64,000 bases of DNA from positions 4,164-68,163 of the forward strand of contig MCFE01000482.1 of the NCBI GenBank assembly GCA_002104905.1, written 5' to 3'. The translations under genes were made by a program, and so were the position numbers. The stretch comes from Basidiobolus meristosporus CBS 931.73 (taxonomy: Eukaryota > Fungi > Basidiobolomycota). The notes under the pieces were generated by a model that was given only the letters and a program-made list of their open reading frames with translations, was not told where the DNA came from and made no database searches. This document shows positions 1-12,155 of this stretch, in pieces (within the stretch, counting starts at the first letter, position 1; the number at the start of each line of letters is the position of its first letter).

Positions 1-245
1 TACTTAGAATATTTTCACCAAAATACCAGGTACCCAGAACATGAAAATTCTCAAAGTTGTCCAAACAGCCCCAAACTTTGCACACATGTTCTTGGGACCT
101 TCCTTTACCTATTCTACGTGTTTGTAATGCCAAGATGAGGTAAAAGTATAAATACTACTTTTACATTCAACAAATCATTAAGTGAAAACCACATAATCTA
201 CTTGTTCTCCCAATCACTTCCGATATCTCCAAGACTCTTACAACA
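1..245 (+). repeat. 5' LTR of copia A (partial)
   Basis: Matches 4968-5299 and ends ...CTCTTACAACA immediately before the PBS. Confidence 0.95.
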
Positions 246-257
246 GGTTATGAGCCC
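246..257 (+). promoter_or_regulatory. Primer binding site GGTTATGAGCCC (Ty5/copia-type internal tRNA-iMet fragment primer)
   Basis: Directly follows the LTR and resembles the known Ty5/Drosophila copia PBS. The gag ATG (250) lies inside it. Copies at 5557-5568 (-), about 47574-47585 (-) and 41077 (+). Confidence 0.85.
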
Positions 258-3200
258 CAAGCTGTCACTCTCTGTAATGTCTACTACTGCTATTACTGTA
301 GCTTTTCCCTCTGCTGAAAAGTTGGATGGCTCTAACTACCAAGTGTGGAAGGTGAAGATGAAGATACTGCTACAAGAAAGAGGCCTTTGGGATATTGTCA
401 TGGGAGAAGAATGCCCTCCTAAAAGCATGGGAGAGGAAGCCTTAAAGTACCAGAAGAAAGAACAAAGTGCCTTTAACTGCATATGCCTTAATGTCAAGGA
501 CAAATTGCTAATTCAATGCTCAAGAGCAAAAACAGCAAAGAATGCCTGGAAGGCATTAGAAGACACCTACCAGTCATGTTCAGCTGCCAAGAAAATGTAT
601 CTGAGAAGAAAATTCTTTAGTACAAAGATGCTACCAGGAGAAGAAATGAAAAATCTAATTAACAGAATTACCCTGCTGGTAGATGAGATGGAATCTGTGG
701 GTGTACTAACTACTGATGAGGATGTGATAGTTACCATCCTGAATAGCCTGACAGACAAGTTTCAGGGCCTTGTATCAGCCCTAGAGTCCAGAACTGAAGA
801 TTTGACCTTAAATTACGTATATGGAAGGCTCCTGGATGAAGAATTAAGAAAATCAAGCGCCAATAAGAAGGAAGAAGAAAATGCTTTAATAAGCAATGAT
901 AACCAACAAAGGAGGTACCCAAGACCCTACAAAGGCAACAGCAACCTATTTTGCAACTACTGCAAAAGGAAAGGACACACATCAGACCGGTGTTTCAAAA
1001 AGAGAGATTATCAGCAAAAGAAGCCTGAATAGGGAAATGCTGCAACAACTGAAGATAGACTATTCATATCTGCACTAAATATGACCACAAACAAGGATTC
1101 TCAGATGTGGTACATTGGCTCTGGAGCTTCTCAACACTTTACACACCAAAAAGAACTTTTTACCCAATATCAAGAAATTCCAATTAAGAAGGTTTTCATG
1201 GGTGACAATAGAACACTTGATGCAGTGGGAGAAGGAACTATCCAAGTAAACCTAAGAAGCAGTGAAGGAAGCCATACACTGACCTTTAAAGAAGTACTCT
1301 ATGTACCAGAAATAGCCAAGAACCTACTCTCTGTAAGCAAGGCCACAGCAGAAGGACTCAGTTTCAGTTTTGACAATTCTGGATGCAGGATCACTGATCA
1401 AAATGGTGCCCATATTGCTTTGGGCATCAGAGATCAGAACCTATACAAGTTGACTTATATTCCATCATATCTGGAAGCCAATATAAGTAACTTAAATGAA
1501 GAAACACCAATGCTTTGGCACAGGAGATTTGGGCAGATCAATTTTGATTATTTGCACAAAATGATCAAAGATCAGCTTATTTCTGGAGTGAAAATTGACC
1601 CCCCAGCTAATTTGGAGCACTGTGAAGCCTGCATATATGGGAAACAAGCCAGACAACCAATCAAGAGCTCTGGGTTAATCAAAACTAAGAAAAAATTAGA
1701 TCTAATTCACTCAGATCTGTGTGGACCTAGGCAAAATTTATCCTTAGGCGGGATGAAGTATTTAATTGCTTTTATTGATGATTATACAAGATACACATGG
1801 GTCTACTTCATGGAGAGAAAGGAAGAAGCTCTGTCTAAGTTCAGGGAGTTTAAAGCCATGGTGGAGAGAGAAACTGGTGAAAAAATCAAGAAAATACGCT
1901 CTGACAATGGTGGAGAATATACCTCAAAACTCTTCATCCACTTCTGCAAAATTCATGGGATAAAGCAAGAGACTATTGTACCATACTCCCCACAGCAAAA
2001 TGGTGTAGCAGAACAAGCTAACAGATCAATAATTGATATGGCAAGATCTATGATCCATGATCAAAAATTATCCTATGATTTTTGGGCAGAATCAGTTGCC
2101 ACTGCTGTATATCTTAAAAATAGGAGTTATAACAGAATACTTTGTGATTCTACTCCATTTGAAGCATGGTATGGATACAGACCAAGTGCAGAACATCTAA
2201 GAATATTTGGGTGTACAGCATTTGCCAAAAAACTGGCCGGAAATCAGTCAAAATTTGAGCCAAAAAGTTTAAAATGCATATTTTTGGGCTACTGCAATGA
2301 GAGTAAGGCATACAGACTCTGCAATACCAAAGCAAAGAAGCTGATCAAGTCCAGGGATGTGTTGTTTGATGAAAATTCAAAATTTTCACAAAAAATGACA
2401 TCAGATGATGACAAAAATTTGATCTCAAGTCCACCAATTGTTAGGATTGAATCAGAGCAAAACAATGAGATTTTTTCACTCCAGAGGACTCTACAACCGT
2501 GGTTCAGCCAGAATCAGTGCCCAGGAATATCCCAGAAGTGATCATTCCAGTATCAAATGCCTGGAGATCCAATTGGACAAGAAATAGCCCAAATTACTAT
2601 ATCAATGAGGGTACAAACTTAGCCTATGCCTATTCAGTCCATATTGATGAACTCCAGACTGTAAAAGAGGCCTTTAATAGCCCTCAGACAAAATTTTGGA
2701 GATCTGCAATGACTGAGGAATATCAGGCCCTGACAGAAAATCAAACCTGGGACTTAGTCAAATTACCAATCAACCAAAAATCAATTGGATGCAGATGGGT
2801 CTTCAAGACAAAGTACAAGGCTGATGGTACAATTGAAAGATACAAAGCAAGACTTGCAGCCAAAGGATACTCTCACACAAAAGGACTTGACTATACTGAG
2901 ACCTTTGCACCAGTAGCCAAGTTTAATTCCATCAGATTAATATTGGCTATTGCAGCCAAATATAAGTTTTTTATTCATCAAATGGATGTAAAAACTGCAT
3001 TTTTGAATGGAGAACTTGATGAGGACATGTATATGGACCAGCCTGATGGGTTTTAGACCAAGATAACCCCCATTTGGTCTTCAAGCTTAAAAAGTCACTA
3101 TATGGTCTCAAATAATCACCAAGAGCCTGGAATTGCAAGATAGAATCTTATTTGGAATCTTTAAGTTTCAAAAGGAGTAATGCTGACTATAGTATACACT

Positions 3201-4956
3201 ATAAGCCAGATAGAGCAAATCCAGCTCTATTAGCTCTATAGACTTGTTCCGTTGGATAGTGCCACATTGAGCCATGAGTGCCAAATGATGCCATAGTGTG
3301 CCAGAGAGGTCAAGTGAGCCTATACTTGGCCACACAGTGTGAAACATAGCTCTGCATCGTCATGTAAAGCAGCCCCTGTGTTTCACCCATTGCGCAGGAG
3401 AAAGTCCATTTTTTGACCTTTTTTTGTAGATCAATGTAGCTCAGGATGTGTGAGAGCACAGGAGAACTGAAGATATGCATCTGGTACTCAATACCCATGG
3501 CACTCTGAATCTAGCTCCTGTAACTTGTATCATGTCACAAAAATGAATGGCACTATCTTGGTCCACTGATACTATCTGGCACTATATTTAAATATTAGCC
3601 CTAAAGTAAGATCTATACAAAGCACTTATAGTGCCAGATAGTACCAGTGGACTAAGATAGTGCCATTCATTTTTGTGACGTGATACAAGTTACAGGAGCT
3701 AGATTCAGAGTGCCATGGGTATTGAGTACCAGATGCATATCTTCAATCTGCTTGTGTGCTAACATATCCTGCACAACATTGATCCAAAAAAAAAGGTCAA
3801 AAAATGGATTTTCTCCGACACAATGGGTGAAACACAGGGGCTGCTTTGCATGAAGATGCGGAGCTATGTTTCACACCCTGTGGCCAGGTAGAGGCTCAAT
3901 TGGCCTCTCTGGCACACTATGGCATCATTTGGCACTCATGGCTCAATGTGGCACTATCCAATGGAACAAGTCTTATATGTGGATGATCTTATTATAGCCA
4001 CCAATAACCTAGAAACATTGGAAGAGACTAAATCCAGCCTATCTAAGGAGTTCAAGATGTCTGATTTAGGAGAACTTAGTTACTACTTAGGGATTAAGTT
4101 CTCCATAGACAGAAGTACCCAGACTATCACCCTAAGTCAATCCAAGTATATTCAAGATATACTAAAGAAGTACAAAATGGAAGACTGTAAACCAACAGCT
4201 ACCCCAATGGAGACAAACCTTAACTTGGTCAAAACTCAACCAAATCAAGAGTGCTTGGTGCCATCTGAAAGCCCTGACTTTCCTTATCAATCTATGGTCG
4301 GCAGTATGATGTATATCATGCTTGGAACACGTCCAGATATCTCATATTCAGTGGGAGTTGTCAGCCAACATAATCAGAATTATGGATCTGATCATATTGC
4401 AGCAGTTAAGCGGATTTTTAGATACCTAAAAGGAACTGCTGATATTTGCTTAAGATACACTTATAAGGACTCAGAACAGGATCTTGTGGGATACTCTGAT
4501 GCTGATTGGGGACAAAATTTGTAAGACAGAAGATCCACCACAGGATACACCTTTCTTTACTGTAAAGGAGCAATTTCATGGAATTCAAGAAAGCAACCAA
4601 CCATAGCACTTTCCACCATAGAGGCAGAGTATATGGCAGCCTGTGAAGCTACAAAAGAAGTAATGTGGTTAAGAAAGCTGTTTACAGATTTAGGCCTATG
4701 TCAAAAAATGCCTATTACTTTATTTCAAGATAATCAAGGATGTATACAATTAGGTAAAAATCCAACTTTTCATGCTAGAACCAAGCACATAGATATTAGA
4801 CATCATTTCATACGTGAAGCTATAGAGAATAACTTAGTTAGCTTAGTTTACTGTCCTTCAGATGAAATGATTGCAGACATATTTACCAAACCATTAGCTA
4901 GAGACAAGTTTGAATATCTTAGGTCAAAATTAGGACTAGTCAGTATGAACATTTAG
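250..4956 (+). pseudogene. Copia gag-pol, disrupted (TAG at 1030, frameshift near 2500, stop at 3054, MITE at 3240-3973, stop at 4522)
   Basis: ORF fragments 202-1032, 1081-2541, 2499-3056, 3919-4524 and 4633-4956 carry consecutive copia domains. Confidence 0.93.
3240..3973. mobile_element. Foldback MITE, 734 bp, about 347-bp inverted arms with a 40-bp spacer, TSD TAT
   Basis: AGACTTGTTCC...GGAACAAGTCT. Arms 3240-3586 and 3627-3973 are near-perfect reverse complements. TAT at 3237-3239 and 3974-3976. Removal restores the RT sequence seen uninterrupted near 43790 (-). Confidence 0.95.
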
Positions 4957-4967
4957 CTGAGTGGGAG

Positions 4968-5299
4968 TGTTGTAAAAAATTGTATTTCCATCTAAATATC
5001 CACCTAACTTAGTCACTTAGATCATCACCTTCAAATCCTAGAGAATACTGACCAAATTCCTTGTTGGGATTTACTTGGAATATTTACCCAGAACATGAAA
5101 ATTCTCAAAGTTGTCCAAACAGCCCCAAACTTTGCACACATGTTCTTGGGACCTTCCTTAACCTATTCTACATGTTTGTAATGCCAAGACAAGGTAAAAG
5201 TATAAATACTACTTTTACATTCAATAAATCATTAAGTGAAAACCACATAATCTACTTGTTCTCCCAATCACTTCCAATATCTCCAAGACTCTTACAACA
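4968..5299 (+). repeat. 3' LTR of copia A (332 bp), preceded by PPT GAGTGGGAG (4959-4967)
   Basis: TGTTGT...ACAACA termini with the polypurine tract immediately upstream. Confidence 0.96.
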
Positions 5300-5900
5300 G
5301 AATTAGCAATTTGTCCTTGACATTAAGGCAAATGCAGTTAAAGGCACTTTGTTCTTTCTTCTGGTACTTTAAGGCTTCCTCTCCCAAGCTTTTAGGAGGG
5401 CATTCTTCTCCCATGACAATATCCCAAAGGCCTCTTTCTTGTAGCATCATCTTCATCTTCACCTTCCACACTTGGTAGTTAGATCCATCCAACTTTTCAG
5501 CAGGGGGAAAAGTTCCAGTAATAGCAGTAGTAGACATTGCAGAGAGTGACAGCTTGGGGCTCATAACCTGTTGTAAGAGTCTTGGAGATATTGGAAGTGA
5601 TTGGGAGAACAAGTAGATTATGCGGTTTTCACTTAATGATTTATTGAATGTAAAAGTAGTATATATACTTTTACCTGGTCTTGGCATTACAAACACGTAG
5701 AATAGGTTAAGCAAAGTCCCAAGAATACGTGTGCAAAGTTTTGGGCTGTTTGAGCAACTTATCAAATTTTCATGTTCTGGGTAAATATTCCAAGTAAATC
5801 CCAACAAGGAATTTGGTCAGTATTCTCTAGGATTTGAAGGTGATGATCTAAGTGACTAAGTTAGGTGAATATTTAGGTGGAATTCCGAATTTTTACAACA
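5300..5900 (-). mobile_element. Copia B 5' end: LTR 5569-5900, PBS and first part of gag, truncated by element A
   Basis: Reverse complement of the same LTR, PBS and gag as element A. Gag breaks exactly at the end of A's 3' LTR. Confidence 0.93.
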
Positions 5901-6600
5901 ACCCCAAGTGCAGGTGTAGTAAGAAACCTCCTGCTCCTTACTATCAAGGACCTGTATGGCTTGATGAAGTAACCATGCAGTTTGAATTGGTACAAGTCAT
6001 CAACAATGGCCATGGTGGTGCAACAACTAACAACAATATGGTGAAATGGGTATTCAACAACTGGATTGTTGCAAGTCTGCTTGGCTAAATTGACACCATT
6101 GCAGTCAACGCAACCAGTAAGGATCTGTATATCATCTACATCGGATACAATGATCTCAATGGTATCTTGCACCTTACTCGATGGTATCTTGCACCCTGAC
6201 CAGTACACTGTTTTCAAGAACTATACCTATCAAGTTGTGGCCAACAATGTGGTGGCTGGTATCACAAAAGTAAAATGCCACAGATTTCCTTCTCATTCTC
6301 GTCCCCCCCTTCGGTCGAGAAGACTAACTAATAGCTATAATGCCCGCGTAACTCAAACAGTAAAAACAATTCAAGGGGCTAGGATCAATATTTTGGATGA
6401 CCACAGTTGGTTCGAAACAGCTCTCGATCATCCCGAGCTCTTTGGACTGCGTACAGACAATGGGCCCTGTCATGGGAGTTAGTTCAGAATGTAGCGACCC
6501 CAACACACGTTTCTTCTGGGATATCTACCATCCTAATGCGAGGGTCCACAAAAACTTCGGCTATTGGGTCACTGAGCAGCTAAAATCTCTTTACTTCTAA
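5901..6600 (+). pseudogene. GDSL/SGNH hydrolase (CE16-like esterase) remnant
   Basis: Translates to GPVW..., GGATTNN, LYIIYIGYND (block III) and CSDPNTRFFWDIYHP (block V DxxH). In-frame stops are present and the 5' end is cut by the LTR. Confidence 0.7.
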
Positions 6601-7018
6601 ACTGTGTAACAGCCCACGAAAAACAATATTCATGTAGCATTCACCTATGCATATGGAGTTGGGTATTTCGTCTGTGTGTTTCCCATTTAAACCATCTGAG
6701 AATACTTGAGTGGATGCATTTTCTTCAGGATGAGGTCCACACACCTAGCTTGATGCACACCGGCTGAAATTGCCTGAACTCTTAAAATGGAATTCGATTG
6801 TTAATGAGTAACGATGACTGTTAGAAAATTTATCTATTTCTAGTAGCTTTTTGAATACCCGTATTTTTAAGCTTACTATTGGCAGATAAGGGAATATGTT
6901 GTTGACCGAAACTCCATAATTGGCCATATTCGCCGGTTGCTTGTCTCGATATGTGAGGATATAAATTTCTCTCTCATTTGGCTTCAGTGGTTTATTACAC
7001 TTTTAGTATACATTTTAC

Positions 7019-8328
7019 ATGACCTCCACCAAGCTCACAAAGCAACGCTTGTCAAGGAAGCTCTATCTCCCCAGCTGCCCGTGTGGGCAAAGCGGAGCTT
7101 GATGTCTGGACTATGTTTAACATGGCTGCTGCTGAATTCAAAGCTGTTAATTTAGGCCAAGGCTTTATGAATTTCCCTGCTCAAGAGTTTGTTAAAGAGG
7201 GAGCCCGCTCAGCCATTTTAGACGATGCCTGTAATCAATACGCGCCTCCTCGTGGTAGACCTAGATTGAGAAACGCCCTCGCCAAATCTTACAGAAAATT
7301 ATTCAACCGCTCACTTAATCCCGACTCAGAAATTCTTGTTACCGCCGGTGGAAACGAGGGTTTATTGGCCGTGTTTATGGCCTACTTGAATCCTGGAGAC
7401 GAGGTTATTCTGATGGAGCCTGCTTTCGACCAATATATGCCCAATATTACCATGACGGGAGCAGTTCCTGTATTCGTTCCGCTCAAGCCCCGAAAGGAGG
7501 TCGATCCAACCACTTCTAATATATCTTCCAGGGACTGGATATTGGATATTGAAGAGCTACCGAAGCAAAATAACCCCTCGCACTAAGATTATCGTTGTCA
7601 ACACTCCTCATAATCCCATCGGAAAGGTCTTTACACGGGAGGAGCTGGAGGCCATCGGCAGGGTTGCATCGGAACACAACTTACTCATCGTGAGTGATGA
7701 AGTATATGATCGTTTGGTATTCGATAATGCTGAGCACGTGCCTATTGCAACCATTCCTGGTCTATGGGAACGTACTCTAACTGTTGCCAGTGCGGGTAAG
7801 GCCTTTGGTGTGACCGGATGGCGTATCGGATGGGTTATTGGCCCGGAGGCCCTTGTATCCCCAGCCCTTGCCACACATACCCGTATTGTTTTTTGCGTCT
7901 CTTCACCCATGCAAGAGGGTATTGCCAGTGCTTTCGAGCAAGCCGAAACCAACGAATTTTTCAGCAGACAACGAGAGGAGTATCTGTCTCGTCGAAACAA
8001 GCTGACCAGTGCATTTGAGGCTGTAAAGCTTCCTTACACTATCCCCCAGGGATCCTACTTCCTCCTGGTTAATGCAGAAAAGCTTGCACAGAAGATTCCC
8101 GCTGACTATCCCTTCCCTGACCACATTAAGGCTCGCGGGAAAAATTACGAGCTCTGCTACTTCTTCACCCGGGAGATAGGGGTGAGCTGCATCCCGCCCA
8201 CCGAGTTCTACTGTGAGCAAGACAGGCATTTGGCAGAAAGCTACGTTCGTTTTGCTTTTTGTAAAACCGATGATATACTAGACGAAGCTGCGAAGCGTCT
8301 TCTTAAAGTGAATGAATGGCTCCAATAA
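7019..8328 (+). CDS. BNA3: Class I/II PLP aminotransferase, kynurenine aminotransferase-like (two apparent +1 indels near 7080 and 7560)
   Basis: VNLGQGF, NQYAPPRG, NTPHNPIGKV, SDEVYD, SAGKAFGVTGWRIG and VRFAFCK motifs. Confidence 0.85.
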
Positions 8329-8807
8329 CAAAGCATCTGTACAGCATTGATGAAGAAGATATTTACCATCACAACCCCCTCCCAATAAATAAGGCATATT
8401 TACCTCCCTTAATAGATTGAGCACCAACATTTACCTCCTGAGAGATTATCTGGCGACCTGGGTATATATTTAAGCTTTAGAGTAAGGGTCCCAGCCTCAT
8501 GTGATCAACCTCATAACCGGTATCCCGCCAAGTCAAGTTAACATCGATTCAGGGATGTATTGGAATGGTTTCAGCATTTACTTCAGAGCTCGCAAGATAT
8601 TCGTCCGCAAGTAGAATTTGATTACAAATCGAATCAGGCTATAGATCAACACTTGATTATATACTTGCTTTCTGAGAGTTTTTCACAAATGATGTGAACA
8701 AAATAGATTCTGCTAATTAACATTGAATTAGTGCTACCTCCCTGAGGTTGAATTTTTCTGGCTCGTATATAAACAGCCCCCTACCCGTGTGGTCGTTATC
8801 CTAATTC

Positions 8808-9781
8808 ATGCTTGAAATCTTCCCTTTAAAGTCACTGATACTGCTGGTAGGTTCGAGGGACGAGGCACCAAACGAACTGTTGGCGGGTCATGTATCTCTA
8901 AGACTGCTCACGCCCACCAAGATTACCTCCTTAACATTGAAACTTAAAATACTTGTGAGCGAGCATGGTATGTGAAGATTATCAATAGATTCTGTTGGTG
9001 CGGATATTGATAACCATCTCAAGCCACATTCCCTCCTAACGATAAGAAATCAACCAAGATTCTGAATAGCACCATTCTACTCCAGCCACAGAACTCGAGT
9101 CTTCTCACCTTGCCCCCAGGGAATCACTCATTCCCGTTTGAGTTTCAGCTGACGGGCGATCTGGCCGAAACCGTATCAAATAGGTTTGTGAGCGTGAAAT
9201 ATGTCCTAGTGGCGGAGTTGAAGAGACCTGGTTGGCGACGGCAATCCCGAGCGAACAAGGAGATCTTGGTGAGTCGCCTCCATGTGCCTAATGAAATGGA
9301 TCAGCTGGCGATGGTGATTTTGTGTAACAGATGGCCTTCATATATGGAGTACCAACTGATGATAGACACAAAAGTAATCCGCCTGGGCCAGATTGTGCCA
9401 GTTAAGTTTACCTGGTGGCCATTTATTCGCAAAATTCAGATCCGCAGTGTTGAGTTCACCATAGTGGAGAGGACCATTCACGCACGGGGAGAATTAGATC
9501 GCTGGCTGCCGATAAAAAGCCACATGATGCTCGATCCGCCAATGGAGGCTAACAAGCTGGCTCACATCAAAGTTCCTTCAGGATCCCAAATTCACCCTGA
9601 TATGAGCAATCATCACATCACCATTCAGCATCGTTTAGAGATGAATGTGACTTTTGAGGCGAATCAGAAGTGGAATTCGATCCTGCTGAAGTGCAACATC
9701 ATCCTGATACCAAACAACGAAGAAGCCAGTGAGGATCTTCCCTCTTACTCACAAGCGTTGTTAGCACCCAATGTTAGTTAG
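8808..9781 (+). CDS. Arrestin-like (ART-type) adaptor with C-terminal LPSY motif; intron 8968-9023
   Basis: LPPGNHSFPFEF arrestin-N motif, ISHRL-like C domain and PY-type motif. Splicing GTATGT..AAG keeps frame. Confidence 0.8.
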
Positions 9782-10097
9782 TGGCACCACCTAAGCTTTG
9801 ATCAGATACGTGATGGAGATCACCTAAGCTCTTGGCCCTGATTTGTGGTGAGTAGCACCACTCACCCGGTATGCGTGGCATCATTCTCTCTGTGCATTCT
9901 CGAACCGGCTATAGCTAGTCAGGTTAGCCACCTTGAGCGTGACATCAAGAACCCCCCTACCCTACCCTACCCTGCCCTCAACCAGAAGAAAAGATTGATA
10001 AAGATTCTAAACCCAGCTCTCTCTTAATATGACTCGAAATTTCCTTTATTTGGTAGTATGCAGATGTGACTATTTACAATGGACAAACGCGGTGGGG

Positions 10098-11095
10098 CTA
10101 GCAGAGAACAAGTCTGGGAGAAAGCAACGCTTGCGAATAGGTAGGCAGCTGATCCTCAGTCTCATCAAAAGGCTGCAAAAGAATAAGCTCACTTGTCAAT
10201 CTAATGGAGTTCAGCTTGCAGTTGGCTTTGAAGATTACTCGAAGCTCTAGTTTGTGTTCCACTCGGATGAGTCGATTTTTGATGTCCGGGAAAATCTTGG
10301 ACCGATAAGGGATATGGACCTGGAGGCGCAACCTTCGGTCCGCCGCGGAATTATAGACGATATCATTGCTCAGAGGCATCCAACGCTCCAAGTTCCCGTT
10401 CTTGCTGGTGATCTTCTCCAAAATTCCTGACTTCACCTCAACTATCGCGAACTCTGCACCCAACGGTCTCCACTTAAACTCCACAGGATAGTTTTGCCCG
10501 AATGTGGCTAGCTTGGTGTCAAGCAACACCTCGTATTCAAGATATTTTGGCCACCGATTGCTTAGTAAGACCCCATCTGTCTCATCCAAATCTTCCACCG
10601 TTGTCCAGTGAAGGTGGATTCTCTTGGAACAGTGGACAGTGGTCCCAATGCCAAATCCAGGCTTTTTCATTCGTCGCAACCAGCGAGTATTTAACATTGA
10701 TGAAATTGCTAACCAGACTGTCTGGCAGGTCTCCACTAAGTGGGATCTCAAAGGCAAACCTGTGATTTCCTGGAGGAAGAGTGATGACCGAATCACCCTC
10801 CGCTTCAAGCAGCGCAGTTTCCCAAATAACCTTGGGCTTAATAGTTTTGATGGCAGATAGCCGTAGAACTAGAATGAGAGTTAGTGCTATGGAGAGAATG
10901 CAGTGGGCGGAAACTGAGCATACCATGTTCGTTGATAACACTCTCAAAGTGCAGACTGAGATATAGGATTTTCGTAGGCCGATCAACATTGAGAAACACG
11001 TTTCCAGACAGAACACCGCATGTTGTGCTGTAGCCGGAGTTCACTAGTCTGACTCTATCGTTCATCGGGCATATCCTTAAAACAGAGCGGCTCAT
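10098..11095 (-). CDS. Arrestin-like paralog with LPTY motif; intron 10923-10869; one extra A near 10670 shifts frame
   Basis: LPPGNHRFAFEI, NRWPKYLEY and LPTYSQAL align with the gene at 8808-9781. Confidence 0.75.
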
Positions 11096-11512
11096 TGCAA
11101 TAAGAAGGGGCTTAGACAGTGTTTGTTGGCTATGACCTGAGCTTATAACATATTCGGCGTGTCACGTGAAACAGGTGATAAGGGGACACGTTTCACGGGG
11201 CATCATACCAAATATGGATGCTACGGTCAGCTCACTTTATCCCAGTGTTTATCCGTAGTCAAGTAAATTGATGTCATTGGTGTTTGAATAATTATCAGTC
11301 ATCATCTTTGACTGGCCAAGTACTGGAATTGTTTCGGCATGAATCATTCCAGTTGGCATCGAGTCCATTGATTTGAATTGGCGCTGCTGAACCTCCTTGT
11401 CCCCATAAAAAGGCCGAGTCCCAGCATTTGCTATGCAAGTTATCATCTACCCCAAGATTGATATCCGGTTGAAGTTCTACCGAGCCTTTATTTCTACTAC
11501 TTATGGAGTATC

Positions 11513-11896
11513 TTAAAAGGGTACAGCACCACCATCTCCGGGATTCGCACCTCCGCCATTCATACCCATTCCAGGATTGAATGGTGGTTGATTGACATTG
11601 ACGACTCCGGGACCGTTGCCATTACCCCCACCATTGTTATTGTTGCTGTTGTTTGCCGCGGGCTTAGCTTCGGCCCTCCTACGCTGCCAAGGGAAACCAC
11701 GACCGCCCGTTAGTATATTACTAATAGGTGTCAAAATGAAATCATCGGCAGTAGCAATTGCGACACGACCAATATCACGAATAAATCTTAACGGGGCGGG
11801 CGTCTGTGGCGCAGGCTCAGGCTCAGGCATTGGCGAGGCAGAGCTGAGTGCAAGCATACAGACTAAGCAGAATAACGTAAAGAACTTCTTCAGCAT
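11513..11896 (-). CDS. Small secreted protein (127 aa), candidate processed peptide precursor
   Basis: MLKKFFTLFCLVCMLALSSA signal peptide, X-P dipeptide run, amphipathic segment, RRR site and N/G-rich tail. Confidence 0.75.
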   Translation of the reverse strand: MLKKFFTLFCLVCMLALSSASPMPEPEPAPQTPAPLRFIRDIGRVAIATADDFILTPISNILTGGRGFPWQRRRAEAKPAANNSNNNNGGGNGNGPGVVNVNQPPFNPGMGMNGGGANPGDGGAVPF

Positions 11897-12155
11897 CGTG
11901 ATATTGGCAGCGAGGCAGTACTCTGGTTGAAGGGGCTGACAAACGGTGTAGACCTCCGAGTGATAGCTAGCTATTTTATAGTGTCTCAATGAAACAATGT
12001 AGCTTCAAGGGTTTTCAAGCATGCGAACATGAAACTGGATTCTCGTCAGAATGGATATCAGTCATTGGTTGGGCTTCATACGTGGTCAATGCAGATTTTT
12101 ATTGGAGATCAGTTGCACGTAGTGCTTGCACATTGTGTGTTATTGGAGATTGCTG

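Larger units (their letters stand above)
1..5299 (+). mobile_element. Ty1/copia LTR retrotransposon A (defective; 5' LTR runs off the window)
   Basis: LTR-PBS-gag-PR-INT-RT-RNaseH-PPT-LTR order. Gag zinc knuckle CNYCKRKGHTSDRC, GAG-pre-integrase LWHRRFG, integrase HSDLCGP..D..E, RT YKARL/QMDVKTAFLNG/YVDD, RNaseH KHIDIRHHF. Contains stops, frameshifts and a MITE insertion. Confidence 0.97.

Noticed and set aside
1030-1032. TAG between gag and pol in copia A as programmed readthrough
   Set aside because: Sister copies (near 46000 and 50320, - strand) have TAT at this codon, so it is a point mutation.
3919-3973. Novel N-terminus MASFGTHGSMWHYPMEQV on the RT ORF
   Set aside because: It is a fortuitous reading through the MITE right arm.
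7555-7565. Programmed ribosomal frameshift in the aminotransferase and other genes
   Set aside because: No slippery heptamer or stimulatory structure is evident. A single extra base in a short run is better explained by a sequencing error.
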